A stretch of DNA of 64,000 nucleotides, from NCBI GenBank assembly GCA_951406725.2, contig OX597822.1, positions 63,860,001-63,924,000 of the forward strand, read 5' to 3'. Positions within the stretch are counted from its first letter, which is position 1; each line of letters begins with the position of its first letter. This DNA comes from Octopus vulgaris. Lineage: Eukaryota. This document shows positions 53,663 through 64,000 of the stretch, piece after piece. Both the position numbers and the translations under genes were made by a program. The notes beneath the pieces were generated by a model, which saw nothing but the letters and a program-made list of their open reading frames with translations, did no database searches and was not told the DNA's origin.

Positions 53663-54041
53663 ACATATGTTATTATAAATCTATCTCTTTATCTATCTAT
53701 CTATCTATATTATATAATATATGTATATATGTGTACACATAAGTACATGGACATGTTTATATAAGCAAAAGGGAGTGTATGTCTATTTATGCACATGATG
53801 TATGGCTATGCATGTATACCTTGAAGAGGAGAGAGAGAGAGAGGAGGGGTGAGTATGAGAGAGATGAAAACTATCAGAAAAAACAGTAAAACAAAAAGGA
53901 GCTAAAAGAAGTGTGTGTGTGTGTGTGTGGTGGGGGGGAATACTGAAAGGAGGAAAAAATAAATTGATGGTGTCTATGTGTTAGAGAGGGGGGGAGGGGA
54001 GATGAAAGGTGTAAAACACAAGAGACCTAAGAAAGATAGCT

Positions 54042-54081
<40 letters not shown>

Positions 54082-54204
54082 CAAAGGGGTATTGTAACAT
54101 TTGAAAGAATTTAGTGAGATCACATACACACACATAAATATACAGACATACACATACACAATTATTCAATATATATATATATATATATGTACACACACAA
54201 ACAC

Positions 54205-54240
<36 letters not shown>

Positions 54241-54249
54241 TATACATAC

Positions 54250-54301
<52 letters not shown>

Positions 54302-55209
54302 ATACATATATATATATATAAATACACACAGAAAATATACATGTGTGTATATATGAATATCTATATATAGACACATATATAAATGTATATATATATATAT
54401 ATATATATTCATATATACACACATATGCATACATACATACCCAGATGCAGATATAAACATGAAGAAGCTAGACATATTAAAAGGGGGAAATGTTATGTTA
54501 AAGAAAAGAAAATATGGAAAAGAATGATGACTAGACAGAAAAGACATCAATTGCCGTTGAAATTTCAGGTTGAGACAAAGAATTATCCAGATAAAGGGCG
54601 AAAAAAAGAAACAAATTTGTGTGTACAGCTGTGTGTGTGTGTGTGCGTATGTGTGTGCAAGTGTGTGCTTGTGTATGCGTGTGATTGCAAAGTATAAACG
54701 CTTGTTTAAAGCAGAGAAAGGTTTACCTCCTGCAAATGGGAAAAAATAAAATCAAACTTCAGAAATGATTTCTGCAGTTTCTTTGTCATTTACTCACACA
54801 TACATGTATAAACAAATACATACAGATAAACACACGTACACACACACACACACACACAGATATATACTGCTTCCCCCCCCTCTCTCTCTCACCTCGCTCC
54901 TTCGTTCATGCAGTCGGAATTCCTCAGATCTTTCTTCCTGGGCTTTCCTATAGATAGAAAAATTCTGTGATTGTTGTAAATTCTCTATGAAATGAAGTCT
55001 TAATCTTAGCAAATTCAAGGTGTGAATGATGGCGAAGTATCTTCACTGATAAAAACATCAAAAGGTAAATAAATTAATAAGGGGAGGGGACAGAGATGGA
55101 TGTTTGTATATGTGTGTGTGTGTGTGTGTGGAGAGATACCTGCTTTCAGATTATTGAAGGTTGAACGTAAAATTAATACGATAGGATAATGTAGATTGCC
55201 ACGAGAAAA

Positions 55210-55270
55210 GAATTTCATCAAAGAAGGGCTCTATATTTCAATGCAGAGCCCTTCTTTGATGGTGAAATTC
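55210..55270. repeat. 61-nt hairpin with a 17-bp perfect stem
   Basis: catcaaagaagggctct / agagcccttctttgatg plus outer gaattt/aaattc. Confidence 0.9.
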
Positions 55271-55434
55271 AGGGATTACAAGGTGATTAGAGTAAAAGTT
55301 GGGGAAACTGAGTTATCAAGATGATAGCGTGGGATGAGGGTCCTAAGATCTATGGTAATCTCGCAGAGAAATAAATGAAATGCATGAACGTCTTGCTATA
55401 TTAGACTTCTCTTTTAATGTCAGTAAGTCACCTC

Positions 55435-55473
<39 letters not shown>

Positions 55474-55715
55474 ATGTGTGTACATGTTTTGCTTTTTATT
55501 ACAGTTATTGGATGTGGCCATGCTAGAGCACCACCTAGAAGAATTTAGTTTCTGGTACTTATTCTACCAGTTTGTTTTGCCGAACTACTAAACTACTAAG
55601 CTGCAGGGATGTAAACAAACCAACAACCAACGCTGGTCAGCAAGCAGTTGGGGTGGGGTGGGGGGTGGGGGCTGCGAGAAACAGAAAAACACAAACATTC
55701 CCATATATCTATATA

Positions 55716-55789
<74 letters not shown>

Positions 55790-56696
55790 GTTGGGCTTCA
55801 ACACAGTTTCCGCCAACCAAATTCACTCATGAGGCATTGGTTGGCCTGAGACTAAGATAGAAGACACTTGCTTTCAAGTTGTTCCACTCTGCTCAGCTGT
55901 TAATGAGTCCTCGTAATATCTGGGAAGTTAAATTTGCAATGGAATAGTGGCCCGTTCAGGGGCAGTATTGTGATCTCTGTTACTTATATGCCATTGAAAC
56001 AGAGTTTACTAGCCTTATGTGTCCTAAGGATCATTTAAAGAAAAAAAAAATCAAGCAAAACAAGCTTAGGTGTCAAGTGCGTGTACTCTTACTCTTTACT
56101 TGTTTCAGTCATTTGACTGTGGCCATGCTGGACCACCGCCCTTAGTTGAGCAAATCGACCCCAGGACTTATTCTATTGGTCTCTTTTGCCGAACCACTAA
56201 GTTACGGGGATGTAAACACACCAGCATTGGTTGTCAAGCGATGTTGGGGGGACAAACACAGACACACTAACATATACACACATACACATATATATATACA
56301 TATGCATATATACGACAAGCTTCTTTCAGTTTCCCTCTACCAAATCCACTTACAAGGCTTTGGTTGGCCTGAAGCTGTAGTAGAAGACACTTGCCCAAGG
56401 TGCCACGAAACTAATAATAAATACCTCCAAACTATCATCATCCACTCAACTGCTTGCTTACATAAATAGAGACAAACCTCTTAGCCACACACACACATGC
56501 ATACACACGCACACACACACACACATTGACCTATGCATATATTCTGATACACACAATCGCAGACATTCTAATTATTCCCTATTATTCAATGAAGAACTCC
56601 ACATGTGATGAATCAGAACCAGATATGAAGCTGAAAGAGATGTAAAGAATTAGTCTAAAAGTTGTCAGAAGTGTTAACCTTTCACAGAATACTTAC

Positions 56697-56972
56697 TATG
56701 TGGCCTCACTACCAGCTGAGCACTGGCCTGAATACTACCGAGATAGTTCTTGCCAAAACATTGGTACATTCCTTCATCCTCCTTCAGCAGACCCAGTATG
56801 CGCAGGTTCTTGTGATCAACTATTTTGAAGTAGTCATCAGTCTCTATCATTTTACCATCCTTCATCCAATAGATTTTTGGCGGCGGGACACCGTATATAT
56901 CACATTCAAACATCTGTTCTGAGTTCACTTGAGCTACAGCATTCTTTGGTTTTGTCTTGAATTGGGGGGGAC
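56697..56972 (-). CDS. NEO1/DCC: Exon: Ig4 (PPQFKTKPKN...DEGMYQCFGKNYLGSIQASAQLVVRPH)
   Basis: ttcag and gtaagt; 276 nt, phase 1 to 1; complete I-set Ig domain. Confidence 0.95.
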
Positions 56973-57309
56973 CTGAAGAAGCAAGAAATGGAACATGTAA
57001 GAAACAAAAGAAAAACAAAAAAAAAAACAAAAAAATCATAAAAGGTTCTGTGTATGCTTATTAAAGGAGAGAAGTATAAATTGGTTAATCCTTCTGATAT
57101 CCTATTTTCTTTTATTCTTTCACTTGTTCCGGTCGTTTGACTGTGGCCATGCTGGAGCATCACCTTAAAGGGCTTTAGTTGAAAGAAATTGATCCCGGAA
57201 CTTATTCATTGTAAGCCTAGTACTTATTCTAACAGTTTCTGTTGCCGAACCGCTAAGTTATGGGACATAAACACACCTGCATTGGTTGTCAAGAGATGGC
57301 CGGCGTTAA

Positions 57310-57635
57310 CAGATTAAAAATTGTGGCAGAATAAAAACTGACTTTCACAGTTAGATTAACAAAGCAGTTAGATTAACAAAGCAGTTAGATTAACAGCAGG
57401 ATCAACGAAGTTGAGTCGACTCTTATGCAGCAGAATCAACAAAGTTGAGTCACACATGGCAGGTTCAATGAAGTTGACTCATATAACAAGACTCACAAAA
57501 TCGACACTTGTAGAACAGATTTAAAAAAGAAAAAAAATGGTTTTGATGCACCAGGATTATCAAAGCTGATTCACAAACAACAAAATTGACAAAGTTAATT
57601 CGTGTGATAGGATTTGCAGAATTGACTCATGTAAA
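57310..57635. repeat. Minisatellite: 17-bp unit x3 within a degenerate array of about 29-bp units
   Basis: cagttagattaacaaag x3; gcag(g/a)atcaac(g/a)aagttgagtc variants. Confidence 0.7.
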
Positions 57636-57718
57636 AATTAATAAAACTTAGCATTCCTGAGAATGCTAAAGGAAAACAAGGAAGAAAGCAGCTCAAGATA
57701 CATAACAACTTTACTTAC

Positions 57719-57858
57719 TGAGGACGTTTACTGAAGCTGGGGCATCTATAGAGTCCTCCATATTGCTTGCCCGGCAAGTGTAAATGCCATTGTTGTTCTC
57801 TTGAACGTTGGGAATAACTAAGCTACCGGTACCGACAATTTTGTATGTCTTGTTGGAA
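57719..57858 (-). CDS. NEO1/DCC: Exon: Ig3 C-terminal half (SNKTYKIVGTGSLVIPNVQENNNGIYTCRASNMEDSIDAPASVNVL)
   Basis: tttcag and gtaagt; 140 nt, phase 2 to 1; GSL and GxYxC motifs. Confidence 0.93.
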
Positions 57859-59884
57859 CTGAAATGAGATAATAATTATTTTGATTTATGATTCTTTTAA
57901 AAAACAAAACAGTAAATAATGTGAAATTATGTGTAATCAGCAGAATTTGATGATGGTGGCATACATTAACAAGGAATCAATACAATCTAAATGGGAAACT
58001 GCTCAACGAGATAAGGGCCAAGTAACTGTGGTGAGGAGGTCATGTGATGAGCAAAGAGAGGACAGGAGGATTTAACAATGCCTGGGAAGATTGAAGGGAA
58101 AATAAGTAGAAGAAAGAGAAGGGGGATATGGATGTCAAGCTTAAAGAAATGGTTGGAAGAATGAGGTATTAACATCAGGAAGTGGAACTGTTACAGAAAA
58201 TAGAGAATTGTGGTAGGACATGGTTGCCTATGTCCTACATTGTGGACATGGCAAGAAGAAGTGAAGCTAGTCGGCACTGTATGAACAGGTAAACATAACA
58301 CCGGTGGCTTTTAGGTACCCTTATTGAAATATCACAATATGAAACTTTTTTGGTGTAGCTGCTGCTTTGTACAGAAAGATGAATTATATTTTCAGTTATA
58401 ACGAAATGTCCAGCCCATGACAACATGGGAAATGAGTGTTAAATGATGATAACAACGATAATCTCTATGCTTGTTACCATCTGAATTGGCTCTTATTCAA
58501 AGTTATGGTCCTCCAAGATGTGTCAGAGGATCGCATCTCACTGGTAGTATATTTCACTATGATTTCTAACACAAGTATAAAGGCTGCAATTGGTGGAAGT
58601 ATATGTATGGAAAACTACAGTTGAGTAACACCACCTCAGTATCAGACTGGTACTTATGGTACTTTTATTCTAATAGCTTCTTGCATGAAACAACTACTCT
58701 CTGGAACTCATTACTATCGTCTTGTCTTCCTCTATTCTATGATATTCAGTCTTTTAAGCTTTTGAATTTGCAGGCATCTTTGGTTCCTTCTTTGTAGTCC
58801 ATTACATTAAAGTGGATTCAAGCCTTGTTTGGATAAAAATTAAATATTAGAAAAGTTGCAGCTGCCTTCATTGTCATAGCATATTAATTCTATCAACAGC
58901 ATGTAAATAGTTAATTAATCATAATACATATAAATGGTTAATTAGCTACATTAAATAACACGAAAAGCACAGTTGGCCTTGACAGGATTTGAGATAATCT
59001 TTTCTACTATAGGGGACAAGGCTTGAAATTTGGTAGGAAGGGGTCTGGTTGATTACATCAACCAGAGTGCCTGTCTGGCACTTTATTAATCTTTACAACC
59101 TTGAAGTAAAAGGCAAAGTAATCCTGAACAGAATTTGAACCTAGAAAGAAATGCTGCTCTACATTTTGTTTGAGGTGCTAATGATTCTGAGGTAGCAGTA
59201 GCAGCAGCAGTAGTAGCAACAGCCTTAGGATTTGAAATAATGAAGAGCCATAATAAAAAGCTGAAGGCACTTTGTCCACTGTGAATCTACTGAGACCCCC
59301 TTCGGTCATGACACAGACCATAGGATTGCACCTCGAAAGTTACCCCCCACCTCAGGCACAATTTTGGGTGGGGGTGGTGCTTATATTCTAAATTTGCTTT
59401 TTAAATTTCAAAATTGATTAAAAGGGATTTTTCATAAATCTAATTTATATTAATGGGATGTAGGTAATTTTAACTTGTGTATATCTGATATGCTTTTATA
59501 ATTACTGTTGTATTGAATAATTATTGATAGATCTAGGTTAGCAGCAGTCAGTGCTATTATCACCAACTCAAAATCTAGGTTACTTAACGTGACCCTGGTA
59601 ACTTGATAGTTTTGGGGGTCTTGCTGTTTGTAACTTTTGGTGAGCCATGGTGCAACCAACAAGAAGGTAAAAATCCCTGCCATTAATTAGGTGTGGATAG
59701 TAATATCAGATAATTCAATCACAACATATACTTAGATTAAACATGAAAAAAATTGAAATATTATCACTTACATGGAAAAATTGAAATATTATCTTTCAGT
59801 AGTTTATAAGGTAAAATCTTAAATTATTAATTGACACATTATTAATTACCTTATAATAGCAATGCCTGGAAAAATCATGGATAA

Positions 59885-60342
59885 CATGGAAAAATGCGAG
59901 CATGAAAAGTAATATTCATAATATTCAACCTGGAAAAGTATAGGACAAGCCATTTATACACTTCTAGTAAAGTAAACAATAAGAAACTTTTTACTTAAAA
60001 TATTGCAGCAAAGAATGCCAGTTCTTCTAACTTATCACTCTTTACACTTTTCATCTTTTAAATTTATTGTACAAAAATGTTCAGCTAATTTCTAAGTTTG
60101 TCAAATTAGTCATTTTTTTCTGTATTTAAGGTAGTAAATTAGCCAAATTCTACTTAAATAAGTATAGTGTTATTTGTAACCTATAATAAAAGTATTTTTA
60201 TCTTTCAAATTTTAATTTTAGCTGCAATATCTTAAGTAAAAAGTTTCTTATTCTTTAGTTTACTTGAAGTAATAGTTTGTCCTGTACTTTTACAGGTTTA
60301 TAATCTTAAGAATATTACTTTCTATGCTTCCATTTTTCCATG
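59885..60342. mobile_element. MITE/foldback element with about 125-bp imperfect terminal inverted repeats
   Basis: 59885-60009 versus 60221-60342 (catggaaaaatg...aagaaactttttacttaa..tattgcagc / gctgcaata..ttaagtaaaaagtttctt...catttttccatg). Confidence 0.75.
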
Positions 60343-61164
60343 GAATAATAATAATAATAATAATAATAATGATGATAATAATATAATAACAACAGCTACT
60401 GACTTGAGAGCTGTTATAACTATGGAGCAGCTTCAAAACTTTCCTTTCTCAACTCAAAAGATTAAAGTTTCTTTTGAGTTAATACCATTTTAAGAGCGAT
60501 GTCAAATATTTGGAAGTTAATATTTATCATAGTCATATTGGAAATAATATCAGAACTTTGAAGTCTCAGAATGCTGATACTAAAATGAGATTTTATTGAC
60601 AGACAAAAGGATTTAAAAAAAAAATTATGGATAAAAATCTTATAAAATGACAATGATAAAACAGAAAATCAATTCTTATTCACACATACTATTTTATCAA
60701 AGTGGTAAAAAAAAAAAAAAAAATTCACAAACTGTTACTCAGAGTTTCATGTGACCATTCATTAGACACTTGTGATAATACAGAATAAAGAGATTTTATA
60801 AACTGTGAGTAAATATATTTTGTGGATACCAGTTCAACGAACAAGTATTTGAATCTGATTGGGTAACTAAAAATTAGAAATTTCTCCTTTTTTTTTTTTA
60901 TTTCTTTTATATTCCTTTTGATCATTTCCAATTTTTATTTCTTGACATAGTCTATTATATTCTGTATATAATTTTACATGAAATTTTTCAATTCAACTAT
61001 TATTTATATTTATTCTTTTGCTACAGTCAACCTCCACTGTCATCCTTTTCAAAGTTAGCTACCCACTCAGATTAAAATATTTATTCATTGAACTGGTATC
61101 TGCTAAATATACATACTCACAGTTTATAAAAATTCCATATTATCAAAAATATCTGATGAACATT

Positions 61165-61480
61165 TAGGAGCACTCCGTCAGTTGCGACGACGAGGGTCCC
61201 AGCTGATACGATCAATGGAACAGCTTGCTCGTGAAATTAACGTGCAAGTGGCTGAGCACTCCACAAACACGTGTACCCTTAACGTAGTTTTCGGGGAGAT
61301 TCAGCGCGACACAGTGTGTGACAAGGCTGGCCCTTTTAAAATACAGGTACCACTCATTTTTGCCAGCTGAGTGGACTGGAGCAACATGAAATAAAGTATC
61401 TTGCTCAAGGAAACAACGCGTCGCCGGGAATTGAACTCACGACCTTACGATCATGAGCCCCTAACCACTAAGCCAGCCAT
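61165..61480 (-). mobile_element. tRNA-derived SINE
   Basis: Minus-strand head tggcttagtggttagggg...gagttcaattccc; CpG-rich, so probably a young copy. Confidence 0.7.
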
Positions 61481-61528
61481 AGATACATGCATACATACAC
61501 ACACATATACTTCTCATGTGAAACTTAC

Positions 61529-61691
61529 TTGTCTAATTCAACTCCACCTTTCAGCCATGTGATTTTCGGACTTTCGTCATTTCTATCAATACCATTTGCC
61601 CCGCAGTGTAACACCAATAATGAACCTCGGATCACTTCAGCATCTTGTGGCTTCATTACAAACGAAGGTGCCACACCTTTACGGATGCTTT
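61529..61691 (-). CDS. NEO1/DCC: Exon: Ig3 N-terminal half (SIRKGVAPSFVMKPQDAEVIRGSLLVLHCGANGIDRNDESPKITWLKGGVELD)
   Basis: ttgcag acceptor and gtaagt donor; 163 nt, phase 1 to 2; Ig Cys and WLK motif. Not in the ORF track. Confidence 0.92.
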
Positions 61692-62081
61692 CTGCAAATG
61701 AAAATAATTGAAAAAAAAAAAAAAAAAAACACCATTACATTAAATATTTAAGATGAGTTGTCTAATCCTTGCTACCTAATGACATTCAATGAAATAATAA
61801 TGTTGAGAAGGCGTAACACCAACCAGTGCTGAAGAGTAGAGATCACTGCAGTAGAGGTAGCAAAATAGGGAAATGAGACAGAAGGGGTTCTTGTGATACT
61901 TCATGTCGATAAGCTGAGTGACTGGTTCCCTGGAGGTAGCTTTGGGTGTAGTATTTATTACAAGCACTGTTATAATTGTAAGAGTAGAGTTCCATTGCAA
62001 ATTGCATCGGGGATTTAAGGGTTATACAATCATGGCTTTTAGACAGGTACCACAAGGGTTAAATATAACTTATCAATGTTA

Positions 62082-63745
62082 CTGTGTGGTAAGTAGCTTG
62101 CTTACAAACCACATGGTGCCGGGTTCAGTCCCACTGCATGGCACCTTGGGCAAGTGTCTTCTACTATAGCCTCGGGCTGACCAAAGCCTTGTGAGTGGAT
62201 TTGGTAGACAGAAACTGAAAGAAGCCTGTCGTATATATGTATATATGTGTATATATATATATATTTATTTTTCCACTGTTTATATATATATTTTTTACTG
62301 TTTATATGTTTGTACTGCCGTTACCGTCTTGCTTTTTTTTTTACCCCTCTGCGAAAAGATCTCAGAATTTTAATTGATTTGCTTTTCGCAGGAAGGAAGT
62401 TTTCTTCGAAGTATACGTCTCGCTTTTATCCTTCGAAACGTTTAGTAGATGAAACCTTAGCGACTGAAGAAGGAGATTTTTCGTTGTGCTTATTGTCCTG
62501 TATCTCTCTTTTTTTGCTTGTCTTGTTCCTTGGTTTGTGTCTATGTTTTTCGTCTCTCTATGTGTTCGACGTCTTTTTGGTGTCCTGTACACATATATGC
62601 GTGTATATGTACATGTAGAGGTAGGTACGTACATATATGTTTATATATATGCATATGTTCTATTTTATTAACATATTATACGACTAAACGCACGCACCCT
62701 ATTAAGTAAGATTGTTCTGTTTATCAAGTTAGCCTTGATATTAACTCTCACGCGACTCTGCATCTTTCTTTCTTTCTCTCCCATTCCCTTTTTCGCCTTT
62801 TTCCCTCACTTAACTTGTCTCTTCCTCTCTCTCTCCCCCTCACTGTTCTTCATGGTCTCCTCGCACCATTCCCCTTCTTCTCTCTCTTCCTCTTGCTCCT
62901 CCTCCCCCATTCCCGTCGTCCATCTGCGACGATACTTCCGTCGTAACTGCTATCCTGTCTTTTCTCGCCCGCCTTCTAAGGCTACTGGTCGACATCTTCC
63001 TCTCTCGTCGTCCACTATAATCCAGCGTTTGCAATACTTTTTTCGTCTGGCGTTAACAGCCCTTCTTTGTTCTCCTTGTCCTGTCTCTCACTGTTATATA
63101 TTTATTTTTCCACTGTTTATATATATATTTTTTACTGTTTATATGTTTGTACTGTCGTTACCGTCTTGCTTTTTTTTTTACCCCTCTGCGAAAAGATCTC
63201 AGAATTTTAATTGATTTGCTTTTCGCAGGAAGGAAGTTTTCTTCGAAGTATACGTCTCGCTTTTATCCTTCGAAACGTTTAGTAGATGAAACCTTAGCGA
63301 CTGAAGAAGGGGATTTTTCGTTGTGCTTATTGTCCTGTATCTCTCTTTTTTTTGCTTGTCTTGTTCCTTGGTTTGTGTCTATGTTTTTCGTCTCTCTATG
63401 TGTTCGACGTCTTTTTGGTGTCCTGTACACATATATGCGTGTATATGTACATGTAGAGGTAGGTACGTACATATATGTTTATATATATGCATATGTTCTA
63501 TTTTATTAACATATATATATATATATATATATATGTGTATGTTTGTGTGTCTGTTTGTCTCTCCAACATCGCTTGACAACCGATGCTGGTTTGTTTACGT
63601 CCCAATCACTTAACGGTTTGGCAAGAGAGACTGATAGAATAAGTACTAGGTTTACAAAGAATAAGTCCTGGGGTTGATTTGCTTGACTAAAGGCGGTGCT
63701 CCAGCATGACCACAGTCAAATGAATGAAACAAGTAAAAGAGTAAC
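62082..63745 (+). mobile_element. SINE family A split by a 1.26-kb insertion in its (TA)n
   Basis: Head at 62082-62235, tail at 63535-63745. Confidence 0.8.
62258..63514 (+). mobile_element. Direct-repeat element (about 420-bp repeat, about 420-bp spacer, about 420-bp repeat); retrozyme/Penelope pLTR-like
   Basis: Near-identical repeats with an offset of about 837 nt; each contains GTC, GAAA and CTGAAGA hammerhead segments; no convincing ORF. Confidence 0.65.
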
Positions 63746-64000
63746 CCTTTACCATTCATGGGATGATGTGGTGAGAACGGATTTTCAGATGCTGGGCCTC
63801 ACTATGGAAATGACAAGGGACCGGGAGGTGTGGTGATTTACTGTATTTGATAAGGTATGTCAAAGCTAAGTAAAATCACTATCGTCTACACATACAGACT
63901 TGTCCTTTTGGGTGCTGGCGCCACTTAAAAAGCACTCATGCTGGTGCTGCGTAAACGCATGCATGTTGGTGCTGTGTAAATGCACCTGTGATGGTGACGC

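Noticed and set aside
51291-54697. Long ORFs rich in [12 protein letters not shown] (e.g. 51291-51929, 53124-53522)
   Set aside because: These are translations of (TA)n, (CA)n and (GA)n microsatellites, which lack stop codons.
57310-57635. CRISPR-like array
   Set aside because: Eukaryotic degenerate minisatellite with no unique spacers or cas genes.
59450-59683. ORF as the missing Ig3 exon
   Set aside because: It has no Ig motif, and the exons at 61529 and 57858 already join in phase to complete Ig3.
62247-63509. Duplicated 120-aa ORFs in the direct repeats as a protein gene
   Set aside because: Low-complexity sequence; the frames differ between copies through indels; no recognisable domain.

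Overview
AT-rich, microsatellite- and SINE-dense animal genomic DNA; the repeat families look like coleoid cephalopod (Octopus), which is an inference from recognition, not a database result. The whole window lies inside one minus-strand gene of the DCC/Neogenin/Frazzled/UNC-40 netrin-receptor family. I resolved 13 GT-AG exons between 61691 and 2330 (2454 nt, about 818 codons, all phases compatible) encoding Ig3, Ig4 and FN3 repeats 1-6. The signal peptide and Ig1-2 lie beyond the right edge; the transmembrane and cytoplasmic parts lie beyond the left edge. The introns hold tRNA-derived SINEs, RTE and RLE-type LINE fragments, a mariner remnant, Helitron-like elements and MITEs. The most interesting signal is a set of intronic hammerhead ribozyme motifs. 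Among them is a retrozyme-like direct-repeat element (about 62258-63514) whose two repeats each carry hammerhead segments in non-circularly permuted order, 837 nt apart. Other leads are long hairpins (possible ADAR or miRNA substrates), candidate micro/alternative exons at the Ig4-FN1 and FN4-FN5 linkers, and a possible restorative A-to-I recoding site in Ig3. Most ORFs in the track are microsatellite or repeat artefacts.
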